Assembly (NCBI GenBank): GCA_964016885.1
Contig: OZ024740.1
Coordinates: 16,120,001 to 16,184,000 of the forward strand
Direction: 5' to 3'
Length of the DNA: 64,000 bases
Source: Eledone cirrhosa
Taxonomy: Eukaryota
A program made the translations under genes and the position numbers. The notes under the pieces are model-generated. The model was given only the letters and a program-made list of their open reading frames with translations, was not told the DNA's origin and made no database searches. Positions 36,101-49,623 of this stretch are shown in pieces. How positions within the stretch are numbered: position 1 is the first letter of the stretch; each line of letters opens with the position of its first letter.

Positions 36101-39100
36101 TCTTATGAGAAGAAACTCTCAGGAGAGCTAGACTGCAGAAGGTCTTCAGAGAAGAAACTCTCAGGAGAGCTAGACTGCAGAAGGTCTTCAGAGAAGAAGC
36201 TCTCGGGAGAGTTGGACAGCAGAAGGTCTTCAGAGAAGAAACTCTCAGGAGAGCTAGTCAGCAGAAGGTCTTTAGAGAAGAAACTCTCAGGAGAGCTAGA
36301 CAGCAGATGGTCTTCAGAGAAGAAACTCTCAGGAGAGCTGGATAGCAGATGGTCTTCAGAGAAGAAACTCTTGGGAGAGCTGGACAGCAGAAGGTCTTCA
36401 GAGAAGAAACTGTCAGGAGACCTGGACAGCTGAAGGTCTTTAGAGAAGAAACTCTCAGGAGAGCTAGACAGCAGAAGGTCTTCAGAGAAGAAACTCTCAG
36501 GAGAGCTGGATAGCAGAAGGTCTTCAGAGATGAAACTCTCAGGAGGGCTGGACAGCAGAAGGACTTCACAGAAGAAACTCTCAGTAGAGCTAGACAGCAA
36601 AAGGTCTTCAGAGATGAAACTGTCAGGAGAGCTGGACAGTAGGTCTTCAGCGAAGAAACTCTCGGGAGTGCTGGACAGCAGAAGGTCTTTAGAGAAGAAA
36701 CTCTCAGGAGAGCTAGACAGCAGAAGGTCTTCAGAGAAGACACTGTCAGGAGAGCTGGACAGCAGATGGTCTTTAGAGAAGAAACTCTCAGGCGAGCTGG
36801 ACAGCAGAAGGTCTTCAGGGAAGAAACTCAGGAGAGCTGGACAGCAGAAGGTCTTCAGAGAAGAAACTCTGAGGAGAGCTGGACAGCAGAAGGTCTTCAG
36901 AGAAGAAACTCTGAGGAGAGCTGTACAGTAGGTCTTCAGAGAAGAAACTCTCAGGAGAGCTGGACAGCAGAAGGTCTTCAGAGAAGAAACTTTCAGGAGA
37001 GCTAGACAGCGGAAGGTCTTCAGAGGAGAAACTCTCAGTCGAGATAGACAGCAGGTCTTCAGAGAAGAAACTCTCAGGAGAGCTGGACAGCAGAAGGTCT
37101 TCAGAGGAGAAACTCTCAGTAGAGATAGACAGTAGAAGGTCTTCAGAGAAGAAACTCAGGAGAGCTGGACAGCAGAAGGTCTTTAGAGAAGAAACTCTCA
37201 GGAGAGCTAAACAGCAGAAGGTCTTCAGAGAAGAAACTGTCAGGAGAGCTGGACAGCAGAAGGTCTTTAGAGAAGAAACTGTCAGGAGAGCTGGACATCA
37301 GAAGGTCTTTAGAGAAGAAACTCTCAGGAGAGCTGGACAGCAGAAGGTCTTCAGAGAAGAAACTGTCAGGAGAGCTGGACAGCAGAAGGTCTTCAGACAA
37401 GAAACTCTGAGGAGAGCTAGACAGCAGAAGGTCTTCAGAGAAGAAACTCTCAGGAGAGCTGGACAGCAGAAGGTCTTCAGAGAAGAAACTCTCAGGAGAG
37501 CTGTACAGTAGGTCTTCAGAGAAGAAACTCTCAGGAGAGCTGGACAGCAGAAGGTCTTCAGAGAAGAAACTGTCAGGAGAGCTGCACAGCAGAAGGTCTT
37601 TAAAGGAGAAACTCTCAGGAGAGCTGGACAGCAGACGGTCTTCAGAAAAGAAACTTTCAGGAGAGCTGGACAGCAGAATGTCTTCAGAGAAGAAACTCTC
37701 ACGAGAGCTGGACAGCAGAAGGTCTTCAGAAAAGAAACTCTCAGGAGAGCTAGACAGCAGAAGGTCTTCAGAGAAGAAACTCTCACGAGAGCTGGACAGC
37801 AGAAGGTCTTCAGAGAAGAAGCTCTCGGGAGAGCTGTACAGCAGAAGGTCTTCAGAGAAGAAACTCTCAGGAGAGCTGGACAGCAGAAGGTCTTCAGAAA
37901 AGAATCTCTCATGAGAGCTGGACAGCAGAAGGTCTTCAGAGAAGAAACTCAGGAGAGCTAGACAGCAGAATGTCTTCAGAGAAGAAACTCTCGGGAGTGC
38001 TGGACAGCAGAAGGTCTTATGAGAAGAAACTCTCAGGAGAGCTAGACTGCAGAAGGTCTTCAGAGAAGAAACTCTCAGGAGAGCTAGACTGCAGAAGGTC
38101 TTCAGAGAAGAAGCTCTCGGGAGAGTTGGACAGCAGAAGGTCTTCAGAGAAGAAACTCTCAGGAGAGCTAGTCAGCAGAAGGTCTTTAGAGAAGAAACTC
38201 TCAGGAGAGCTAGACAGCAGATGGTCTTCAGAGAAGAAACTCTCAGGAGAGCTGGATAGCAGATGGTCTTCAGAGAAGAAACTCTTGGGAGAGCTGGACA
38301 GCAGAAGGTCTTCAGAGAAGAAACTGTCAGGAGACCTGGACAGCTGAAGGTCTTTAGAGAAGAAACTTTCAGGAGAGCTAGACAGCAGAAGGTCTTCAGA
38401 GAAGAAACTCTCAGGAGAGCTGGATAGCAGAAGGTCTTCAGAGATGAAACTCTCAGGAGGGCTGGACAGCAGAAGGACTTCACAGAAGAAACTCTCAGTA
38501 GAGCTAGACAGCAAAAGGTCTTCAGAGATGAAACTGTCAGGAGAGCTGGACAGTAGGTCTTCAGCGAAGAAACTCTCGGGAGTGCTGGACAGCAGAAGGT
38601 CTTTAGAGAAGAAACTCTCAGGAGAGCTAGACAGCAGAAGGTCTTCAGAGAAGACACTGTCAGGAGAGCTGGACAGCAGATGGTCTTTAGAGAAGAAACT
38701 CTCAGGCGAGCTGGACAGCAGAAGGTCTTCAGGGAAGAAACTCAGGAGAGCTGGACAGCAGAAGGTCTTCAGAGAAGAAACTCTGAGGAGAGCTGGACAG
38801 CAGAAGGTCTTCAGAGAAGAAACTCTGAGGAGAGCTGTACAGTAGGTCTTCAGAGAAGAAACTCTCAGGAGAGCTGGACAGCAGAAGGTCTTCAGAGAAG
38901 AAACTTTCAGGAGAGCTAGACAGCGGAAGGTCTTCAGAGGAGAAACTCTCAGTCGAGATAGACAGCAGGTCTTCAGAGAAGAAACTCTCAGGAGAGCTGG
39001 ACAGCAGAAGGTCTTCAGAGGAGAAACTCTCAGTAGAGATAGACAGTAGAAGGTCTTCAGAGAAGAAACTCAGGAGAGCTGGACAGCAGAAGGTCTTTAG

Positions 39101-40285
39101 AGAAGAAACTCTCAGGAGAGCTAAACAGCAGAAGGTCTTCAGAGAAGAAACTGTCAGGAGAGCTGGACAGCAGAAGGTCTTTAGAGAAGAAACTGTCAGG
39201 AGAGCTGGACATCAGAAGGTCTTTAGAGAAGAAACTCTCAGGAGAGCTGGACAGCAGAAGGTCTTCAGAGAAGAAACTGTCAGGAGAGCTGGACAGCAGA
39301 AGGTCTTCAGACAAGAAACTCTGAGGAGAGCTAGACAGCAGAAGGTCTTCAGAGAAGAAACTCTGAGGAGAGCTGGACAGCAGAAGGTCTTCAGAGAAGA
39401 AACTCTCAGGAGAGCTGTACAGTAGGTCTTCAGAGAAGAAACTCTCAGGAGAGCTGGACAGCAGAAGGTCTTCAGAGAAGAAACTGTCAGGAGAGCTGCA
39501 CAGCAGAAGGTCTTTAAAGGAGAAACTCTCAGGAGAGCTGGACAGCAGACGGTCTTCAGAAAAGAAACTTTCAGGAGAGCTGGACAGCAGAAGGTCTTCA
39601 GAGAAGAAACTCTCACGAGAGCTGGACAGCAGAAGGTCTTCAGAAAAGAAACTCTCAGGAGAGCTAGACAGCAGAAGGTCTTCAGAGAAGAAACTCTCAC
39701 GAGAGCTGGACAGCAGAAGGTCTTCAGAGAAGAAGCTCTCGGGAGAGCTGTACAGCAGAAGGTCTTCAGAGAAGAAACTCTCAGGAGAGCTGGACAGCAG
39801 AAGGTCTTCAGAGAAGAAACTGTCAGGACAGCTGGACAGCGGAAGGTCTTTAGAGAAGAAATTCTCAGGAGAGCTAGACAGCAGATGGTCTTCAGAGAAG
39901 AAACTCTCAGGCGAGCTGGACAGCAGAAGGTCTTCAGAGAAGAAACTCAGGAGAGCTGGACAGCAGAAGGTCTTCAGAGAAGAAACTCTGAGGAGAGCTG
40001 GACAGCAGAAGGTCTTCAGAGAAGAAACTCTCAGGAGAGCTGTACAGTAGGTCTTCAGAGAAGAAACTCTCAGGAGATCTGGACAGCAGAAGGTCTTCAG
40101 AGAAGAAACTCTCAGTAGAGATAGTAAGCAGAAGGTCTTCAGAGAAGAAACTCTCAGGAGAGCTGGACAGCAGAAGGTCTTCAGAGGAGAAACTCTCAGT
40201 AGAGATAGACAGCAGAAGGTCTTCAGAGAAGAAACACAGGAGAGCTGGACAGCAGAAGGTCTTCAGAGGAGAAACTCTCAGTAGA
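30116..40285 (+). repeat. Large HOR copy B (~10,170 bp)
   Basis: Markers at 30130/40300. ORF pairs 25056/35226, 27800/37970, 30053/40223 and 32519/42689 are all offset 10170; 23381/33635 is offset 10254. Confidence 0.9.
35942..39812 (+). repeat. Second instance of the 1914-bp tandem duplication, nested in HOR copy B
   Basis: ORFs 36056/37970, 36530/38444 and 37143/39057 are offset 1914. Confidence 0.93.
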
Positions 40286-43200
40286 GATAGACAGCAGAAG
40301 GTTTTCAGATAAGAAACTCTCAGGAGAGATGGACAGCAGAAGGTCTTCAGAGAAGAAACTCTCAGGAGAGCTGGATAGCAGAAGGTCTTCAGGGAAGAAA
40401 CTTTCGGGAGAGCTGGACAGCAGAAGGTCTTTAGAGAAGAAACTCTCAGGAGAGCTAGACAGCAGAAGGTCTTCAGAGAACAAACTGTCAGGAGAGGTGG
40501 ACAGCAGAAGGTCTTTAGAGAAGAAACACTCAGGAGAGCTGGACAGCAGAAGGTCTTCAGAATACAAACTGTCATGAGAGCTGGACAGCAGAAGGTCCTC
40601 AGAGAAGAAACTCTCACGAGAGCTGGACAGCAGAAGGTCTTCAGAGAAGAAGCACGCGGGAGAGCTGGACAGCAGAAGGTCTTCAGAGAAGAAACTCGCA
40701 GGAGAGCTAGACAGCAGAAGGTCTTCAGAGAAGAAACTCTCAGGAGAGATAGACAGCAGAAGGTCTTTAGAGAAGAAACTCTTGGGAGAGCTGGACAGCA
40801 GAAGGTCTTCAGAGAAGAAACTGTCAGGAGACCTGGCCAGCAGAAGGTCTTTAGAGAAGAAACTCTCAGGAGAGCTGGCCAGCAGGAGGTCTTCAGAGAA
40901 GAAACTGTCAGGAGGGCTGGACAGCAGAAGGTCTTCACAGAAGAAACTCTCAGTAGAGCTAGACATCAGAAGGTCTTCAGAGATGAAACTGTCAGGAGAG
41001 CTGGACAGTAGGTCTTCAGAGAAGAAACTCTCGGGAGAGCTGGACAGCAGAAGGTCTTTAGAGAAGAAACTCTCAGGAGAGCTGGACAGTAGAAGGTCTT
41101 TAGAGAAGAAACTCTCAGGAGAGCTGGACAGCAGAAGGTCTTCAGAGAAGAAACCGTCAGGAGAGCTGGACAGCAGAAGGTCTTTAGAGAAGAAACACTC
41201 AGGAGAGCTGGACAGCAGAAGGTCTTCAGAGAAGAAACTCTTAGGAGAGATAGACAGCAGAAGGTCTTCAGATAAGAAACTCTCAGGAGAGATGGACAGC
41301 AGAAGGTCTTCAGAGAAGAAACTCTCACAAGAGCTGGACAGCAGAAGGTCTTCAGAGAAGAAGCACGCGGGAGAGCTGGACAGCAGAAGGTCTTCAGAGA
41401 AGAAACTCGCAGGAGAACTAGACAGCAGAAGGTCTTCAGAGAAGAAACTCTCAGGAGATCTGCATAGCAGAAGGTCTTCAGAGAAGAAACTTTCGGGAGA
41501 GCTGGACAGCAGAAGGTCTTTAGAGAAGAAACTCTTAGGAGAGCTAGACAGCAGAAGGTCTTCAGAGAAGAAACTCTTAGGAGAGCTGGACAGCAGAAGG
41601 TCTTTAGAGAAGAAATTCTCAGGAGAGCTAGACAGCAGAAGGTCTTCAGAGAAGAAACTCTCAGGAGAGCTGGACAGCAGAAGGTCTTCAGAGAAGAAAC
41701 TGTCAGGAGAGCTGGACGGCAGAAGGTCTTCAGAAATGAAACTCTCAGGAGAGCTAGACTGCAGAATGTCTTCAGAGAAGTAACATTCGGGAGTGCTGGA
41801 CAGCAGAAGGTCTTTAGAGAAGAAACTCTCAGGAGAGGTAGACAGCAGAATGTCTTCAGAGAAGAAACTCTCAGGAGAGCTGGACAGCAGAAGGTCTTCA
41901 GAGAAGAAACTCTGAGGAGAGCTGTACAGTAGGTCTTCAGAGAAGAAACTCTCAGGAGAGATGGACAGCAGAAGGTCTTCAGAGAAGAAACTCTCAGGAG
42001 AGCTAGACAGCAGAAGGTCTTCAGAGGAGAAACTCTCAGGAGAGATAGACATCAGAAGGTCTTCAGAGAAGAAACTCTCAGGAGAGCTGGACAGCAGTAG
42101 GTCTTCAGAGAAGAAACTCTCAGGAGAGCTGGACAGCAGAAGGTCTTCAGAGAAGAAACTCTTAGGAGAGATAGACAGCAGAAGGTCTTCAGATAAGAAA
42201 CTCTCAGGAGAGATGGACAGCAGAAGGTCTTCAGAGAAGAAACTCTCAGGAGAGCTGGATAACAGAAGGTCTTCAGGGAAGAAACTTTCGGGAGAGCTGG
42301 ACAGCAGAAGGTCTTTAGAGAAGAAACTCTCAGGAGAGCTAGACAGCAGAAGGTCTTCAGAGAAGAAACTGTCAGGAGAGCTGGACAGCAGAAGGTCTTT
42401 AGAGAAGAAACACTCAGGAGAGCTGGACAGCAGAAGGTCTTCAGAATACAAACTGTCATGAGAGCTGGACAGCAGAAGGTCCTCAGTGAAGAAACTCTCA
42501 CGAGAGCTGGACAGCAGAAGGTCTTCAGAGAAGAACCACGCGGGAGAGCTGGACAGCAGAAGGTCTTCAGAGAAGAAACTCGAAGGAGAGCTAGACAGCA
42601 GAAGGTCTTCAGAGAAGAAACTCTCAGGAGATCTGCATAGCAGAAGGTCTTCAGAGAAGAAACTTTCGGGGGAGCTGGACAGCAGAAGGTGTTTAGAGAA
42701 GAAACTCTCAGGAGAGCTAGACAGCAGAAGGTCTTCAGAGAAGAAACTCTCAGGAGAGCTGGACAGCAGAAGGTCTTCAGAGAAGAAACTCTCAGGAGAG
42801 CTAGACAGCAGAAGGTCTTCAGAGAAGAAACTCTCAGGAGAGCTGGACAGCAGAAGGTCTTCAGAGAAGAAACTCTCAGGAGAGCTGGACAGCAGAAGGT
42901 CTTCAGAGAAGAAACTCTCAGGAGAGCTGGACAGCGGAAGGTCTTCAGAAAAGAAACTCTCAGGAGAGCTAGACAGCAGAATGTCTTCAGAGAAGTAACT
43001 TTCGGAGTGCTGGTCAGCAGAAGGTCTTTAGAGAAGAAACTCTCAGGAGAGGTAGACAGCAGAAGGTCTTCAGAGAAGAAACTCAGAGGAGAGCTGTACA
43101 GTAGGTCTTCAGAGAAGAAACTCTCAGGAGAGATATACAGCAGAATGTCTTCAGAGAAGAAACTCTCAGGAGAGCTAGACAGCAGAAGGTCTTCAGAGGA

Positions 43201-46200
43201 GAAACTCTCAGGAGACATAGACATCAGAAGGTCTTCAGAGAAGAAACTCTCAGGAGAGATGGACAGCAGAAGGTCTTCAGAGAAGAAACTCTCAGGAGAG
43301 CTGGACAGCAGAGAGTCTTCAGAGAAGAAACTCTTAGGAGAGATAGACAGCAGAAGGTCTTCAGATAAGAAACTCTCAGGAGAGATGGACAGCAGAAGGT
43401 CTTCAGAGAAGAAACTCTCAGGAGAGCTGGGTAGCAGAAGGTCTTCAGGGAAGAAACTTTCGGGAGAGCTGGACAGCAGAAGGTCTTTAGAGAAGAAAGT
43501 CTCAGGAGAGCTAGACAGCAGAAGGTCTTCAGAGAAGAAACTCTCAGGAGAGCTGGACAGCAGAAGGTCTTTAGAGAAGAAAGTCTCAGGAGAGCTAGAC
43601 AGCAGAAGGTCTTCAGAGAAGAAACTGTCAGGAGAGCTGGACAGCAGAAGGTCTTCAGAGAAGAAACTCTCACGAGAGCTGGACAGCAGAAGGTCTTCAG
43701 AGAAGAAACTCTGAGGAGAGCTGGACAGCAGAAGGTCTTCAGAGAAGAAACTCTCAGGAGAGCTGGACAGCAGGAGGTCTTTAGAGAAGAAACGCTCAGG
43801 AGAGCTGGACAGCAGAAGGTCTTCAGAGAAGACACTGTCAGGAGAGCTGGACAGCAGATGGTCTTTAGAGAAGAAACTCTCAGGCGAGCTGGACAGCAGA
43901 AGGTCTTCAGAGAAGAAACTCAGGAGAGCTGGACAGCAGAAGGTCTTCAGAGAAGAAACTCTGGGGAGAGCTGGACAGCAGAAGGTCTTCAGAGAAGAAA
44001 CTCTGAGGAGAGCTGTACAGTAGGTCTTCAGAGAAGAAACTCTCAGGAGAGCTGGACAGCAGAAGGTCTTCAGAGAAGAAACTTTCAGGAGAGCTAGACA
44101 GCGGAAGGTCTTCAGAGGAGAAACTCTCAGTCGAGATTGACAGCAGGTCTTCAGAGAAGAAACTCTCAGGAGAGCTGGACAGCAGAAGGTCTTCAGAGGA
44201 GAAACTCTCAGTAGAGATAGACAGTAGAAGGTCTTCAGAGAAGAAACTCAGGAGAGCTGGACAGCAGAAGGTCTTTAGAGAAGAAACTCTCAGGAGAGCT
44301 AGACAGCAGAAGGTCTTCAGAGAAGAAACTGTCAGGAGAGCTGGACAGCAGAAGGTCTTTAGAGAAGAAACTGTCAGGAGAGCTGGACATCAGAAGGTCT
44401 TTAGAGAAGAAACTCTCAGGAGAGCTGGACAGCAGAAGGTCTTCAGAGAAGAAACTGTCAGGAGAGCTGGACAGCAGAAGGTCTTCAGAGAAGAAACTCT
44501 CAGGAGAGCTAGACAGCAGAAGGTCTTCAGAGAAGATACTCTCAGGAGAGCTGGACAGCAGAAGGTCTTCAGAGAAGAAACTCTCAGGAGAGCTGGACAG
44601 CAGAAGGTCTTCAGAGAAGAAACTCTCAAGAGAGCTGGACAGCAGAAGGTCTTTAGATGAGAAACTCTCAGGAGAGCTAGACAGCAGAAGGTCTTCAGAG
44701 AAGAAACTCTCCGGAGAGCTGGACAGCAGAAGGTCTTCAGACAAGAAACTCTGAGGTGAGCTAGACAGCAGAAGGTCTTCAGAGGAGAAACTCTGAGAAG
44801 AGTTGTACAGTAGGTTTTCAGAGAAGAAACTCTCAGGAGAGCTGGACAGCAGAAGGTCTTCAGAGAAGAAACTGTCGGGAGAGCTGCACAGCAGAAGGTC
44901 TTTAAAGGAGAAACTCTCAGGAGAGCTGGACAGCAGACGGTCTTCAGAAAAGAAACTCTCAGGAGAGCTGGACAGCAGAAGGTCTTCAGAGAAGAAACTC
45001 TCACGAGAGCTGGACAGCAGAAGGTCTTCAGAAAAGAAACTCTCAGGCGAGCTGGACAGCAGAAGGTCTTTAGAGAAGAAACGCTCAGGAGAGCTGGACA
45101 GCAGAAGGTCTTCAGAGAAGAAACTGTCAGAAGAGCTGGACAGCAGAAGGTCTTCAGAGAAGAAACTCTCACGAGAGCTGGACAGCAGAAGGTCTTCAGA
45201 GAAGAAACTGTCAGGAGAGCTGGACAGCAGAATATCTTCAGAGAAGAAACTCTCAGGAGAGCTAGACAGCAGAATGTCTTCAGAGAAGTAACTTTCGGGA
45301 GTGCTGGACAGCAGAAGGTCTTTAGAGAAGAAACTCTCAGGAGAGCTAGACAGCAGAAGGTCTTCAGAGAAGACACTGTCAGGAGAGCTGGACAGCAGAT
45401 GGTCTTTAGAGAAGAAACTCTCAGGCGAGCTGGACAGCAGAAGGTCTTCAGAGAAGAAACTCAGGAGAGCTGGACAGCAGAAGGTCTTCAGAGAAGAAAC
45501 TCTGAGGAGAGCTGTACAGTAGGTCTTCAGAGAAGAAACTCTCAGGAGAGCTGGACAGCAGAAGGTCTTCAGAGAAGAAACTTTCAGGAGAGCTAGACAG
45601 CGGAAGGTCTTCGGAGGAGAAACTCTCAGTCGAGATAGACAGCAGGTCTTCAGAGAAGAAACTCTCAGGAGAGCTGGACAGCAGAAGGTCTTCAGAGGAG
45701 AAACTCTCAGTAGAGATAGACAGTAGAAGGTCTTCAGAGAAGAAACTCAGGAGAGCTGGACAGCAGAAGGTCTTTAGAGAAGAAACTCTCAGGAGAGCTA
45801 GACAGCAGAAGGTCTTCAGAGAAGAAACTGTCAGGAGAGCTGGACAGCAGAAGGTATTTAGAGAAGAAACTGTCAGGAGAGCTGGACATCAGAAGGTCTT
45901 TAGAGAAGAAACTCTCAGGAGAGCTGGACAGCAGAAGGTCTTCAGAGAAGAAGTTGTCAGGAGAGCTGGACAGCAGAAGGTCTTCAGAGAAGAAACTCTG
46001 AGAAGAGTTGTACAGTAAGTTTTCAGAGAAGAAACTCTCAGGAGAGCTGGACAGCAGAAGGTCTTCAGAGAAGAAACTGTCAGGAGAGCTGCACAGCAGA
46101 AGGTCTTTAAAGGAGAAACTCTCAGGAGAGCTGGACAGCAGACGGTCTTCAGAAAAGAAACTTTCAGGAGAGCTGGACAGCAGAAGGTCTTCAGAGAAGA

Positions 46201-49200
46201 AACTCTCACGAGAGCTGGACAGCAGAAGGTCTTCAGAAAAGAAACTCTCAGGAGAGCTAGACAGCAGAAGGTCTTCAGAGAAGAAACTCTCACGAGAGCT
46301 GGACAGCAGAAGGTCTTCAGAGAAGAAGCTCTCGGGAGAGCTGTACAGCAGAAGGTCTTCAGAGAAGAAACTCTCAGGAGAGCTGGACAGCAGAAGGTCT
46401 TCAGAGAAGAAACTGTCAGGACAGCTGGACAGCGGAAGGTCTTTAGAGAAGAAATTCTCAGGAGAGCTAGACAGCAGATGGTCTTCAGAGAAGAAACTCT
46501 CAGGCGAGCTGGACAGCAGAAGGTCTTCAGAGAAGAAACTCAGGAGAGCTGGACAGCAGAAGGTCTTCAGAGAAGAAACTCTGAGGAGAGCTGGACAGCA
46601 GAAGGTCTTCAGAGAAGAAACTCTGAGGAGAGCTGTACAGTAGGTCTTCAGAGAAGAAACTCTCAGGAGAGATGGACAGCAGAAGGTCTTCAGAGAAGAA
46701 ACTCTCAGTAGAGATAGACAGCAGAAGGTCTTCAGAGAAGAAACTCTCAGGAGAGCTGGACAGCAGAAGGTCTTCAGAGGAGAAACTCTCAGTAGAGATA
46801 GACAGCAGAAGGTCTTCAGAGAAGAAACACAGGAGAGCTGGACAGCAGAAGGTCTTCAGAGGAGAAACTCTCAGTAGAGATAGACAGCAGAAGGTCTTCA
46901 GAGAAGAAACACAGGAGAGCTGGACAGCAGAAGGTCTTCAGAGAAGAAACTCTTATGAGAGCTGGATAGCAGAAGGTCTTCAGAGAAGAAACTCTCGGGA
47001 GAGCTGGACAGCAGAAGGTCTTTAGAGAAGAATCTCTCAGGAGAGCTAGACAGCAGAAGGTCTTCAGAGAGGAAACTGTCAGGGGAGTTGGACAGCAGAA
47101 GGTCTTTAGAGCAGAAACTGTCAGGAGAGCTGGACATCAGAAGGTCTTCAGAGAAGAAACTCTCAGGAGAGCTGGACAGTAGAAGGTCTTTAGAGAAGAA
47201 ACTCTCAGGAGAGCTGGACAGCAGAAGGTCTTCAGAAAAGAATCTCTCATGAGAGCTGGACAGCAGAAGGTCTTCAGAGAAGAAACTCAGGAGAGCTAGA
47301 CAGCAGAATGTCTTCAGAGAAGAAACTCTCGGGAGTGCTGGACAGCAGAAGGTCTTATGAGAAGAAACTCTCAGGAGAGCTAGACTGCAGAAGGTCTTCA
47401 GAGAAGAAACTCTCAGGAGAGCTAGACTGCAGAAGGTCTTCAGAGAAGAAGCTCTCGGGAGAGTTGGACAGCAGAAGGTCTTCAGAGAAGAAACTCTCAG
47501 GAGAGCTAGTCAGCAGAAGGTCTTTAGAGAAGAAACTCTCAGGAGAGCTAGACAGCAGATGGTCTTCAGAGAAGAAACTCTCAGGAGAGCTGGATAGCAG
47601 ATGGTCTTCAGAGAAGAAACTCTTGGGAGAGCTGGACAGCAGAAGGTCTTCAGAGAAGAAACTGTCAGGAGACCTGGACAGCTGAAGGTCTTTAGAGAAG
47701 AAACTCTCAGGAGAGCTAGACAGCAGAAGGTCTTCAGAGAAGAAACTCTCAGGAGAGCTGGATAGCAGAAGGTCTTCAGAGATGAAACTCTCAGGAGGGC
47801 TGGACAGCAGAAGGACTTCACAGAAGAAACTCTCAGTAGAGCTAGACAGCAGAAGGTCTTCAGAGATGAAACTGTCAGGAGAGCTGGACAGTAGGTCTTC
47901 AGCGAAGAAACTCTCGGGAGTGCTGGACAGCAGAAGGTCTTTAGAGAAGAAACTCTCAGGAGAGCTAGACAGCAGAAGGTCTTCAGAGAAGACACTGTCA
48001 GGAGAGCTGGACAGCAGATGGTCTTTAGAGAAGAAACTCTCAGGCGAGCTGGACAGCAGAAGGTCTTCAGGGAAGAAACTCAGGAGAGCTGGACAGCAGA
48101 AGGTCTTCAGAGAAGAAACTCTGAGGAGAGCTGGACAGCAGAAGGTCTTCAGAGAAGAAACTCTGAGGAGAGCTGTACAGTAGGTCTTCAGAGAAGAAAC
48201 TCTCAGGAGAGCTGGACAGCAGAAGGTCTTCAGAGAAGAAACTTTCAGGAGAGCTAGACAGCGGAAGGTCTTCAGAGGAGAAACTCTCAGTCGAGATAGA
48301 CAGCAGGTCTTCAGAGAAGAAACTCTCAGGAGAGCTGGACAGCAGAAGGTCTTCAGAGGAGAAACTCTCAGTAGAGATAGACAGTAGAAGGTCTTCAGAG
48401 AAGAAACTCAGGAGAGCTGGACAGCAGAAGGTCTTTAGAGAAGAAACTCTCAGGAGAGCTAAACAGCAGAAGGTCTTCAGAGAAGAAACTGTCAGGAGAG
48501 CTGGACAGCAGAAGGTCTTTAGAGAAGAAACTGTCAGGAGAGCTGGACATCAGAAGGTCTTTAGAGAAGAAACTCTCAGGAGAGCTGGACAGCAGAAGGT
48601 CTTCAGAGAAGAAACTGTCAGGAGAGCTGGACAGCAGAAGGTCTTCAGACAAGAAACTCTGAGGAGAGCTAGACAGCAGAAGGTCTTCAGAGAAGAAACT
48701 CTGAGGAGAGCTGGACAGCAGAAGGTCTTCAGAGAAGAAACTCTCAGGAGAGCTGTACAGTAGGTCTTCAGAGAAGAAACTCTCAGGAGAGCTGGACAGC
48801 AGAAGGTCTTCAGAGAAGAAACTGTCAGGAGAGCTGCACAGCAGAAGGTCTTTAAAGGAGAAACTCTCAGGAGAGCTGGACAGCAGACGGTCTTCAGAAA
48901 AGAAACTTTCAGGAGAGCTGGACAGCAGAAGGTCTTCAGAGAAGAAACTCTCACGAGAGCTGGACAGCAGAAGGTCTTCAGAAAAGAAACTCTCAGGAGA
49001 GCTAGACAGCAGAAGGTCTTCAGAGAAGAAACTCTCACGAGAGCTGGACAGCAGAAGGTCTTCAGAGAAGAAGCTCTCGGGAGAGCTGTACAGCAGAAGG
49101 TCTTCAGAGAAGAAACTCTCAGGAGAGCTGGACAGCAGAAGGTCTTCAGAGAAGAAACTGTCAGGACAGCTGGACAGCGGAAGGTCTTCAGAGAAGAAAT

Positions 49201-49623
49201 TCTCAGGAGAGCTAGACAGCAGATGGTCTTCAGAGAAGAAACTCTCAGGCGAGCTGGACAGCAGAAGGTCTTCAGAGAAGAAACTCAGGAGAGCTGGACA
49301 GCAGAAGGTCTTCAGAGAAGAAACTCTGAGGAGAGCTGGACAGCAGAAGGTCTTCAGAGAAGAAACTCTCAGGAGAGCTGTACAGTAGGTCTTCAGAGAA
49401 GAAACTCTCAGGAGATCTGGACAGCAGAAGGTCTTCAGAGAAGAAACTCTCAGTAGAGATAGTAAGCAGAAGGTCTTCAGAGAAGAAACTCTCAGGAGAG
49501 CTGGACAGCAGAAGGTCTTCAGAGGAGAAACTCTCAGTAGAGATAGACAGCAGAAGGTCTTCAGAGAAGAAACACAGGAGAGCTGGACAGCAGAAGGTCT
49601 TCAGAGGAGAAACTCTCAGTAGA
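40286..49623 (+). repeat. Large HOR copy C (~9,338 bp), lacking the 1914-bp duplication
   Basis: ORF pairs 21036/42458, 22436/43858, 24586/46008 and 26973/48395 are offset 21422; 29715/49223 is offset 19508 (=21422-1914). Confidence 0.88.

Noticed and set aside
23100-43520. Whole array or the 10-kb duplication as a synthetic or assembly artefact
   Set aside because: Copies carry private substitutions (~33898, ~37679, ~38367) and an 84-bp deletion, and the nested history is coherent. Not fully excluded without reads.
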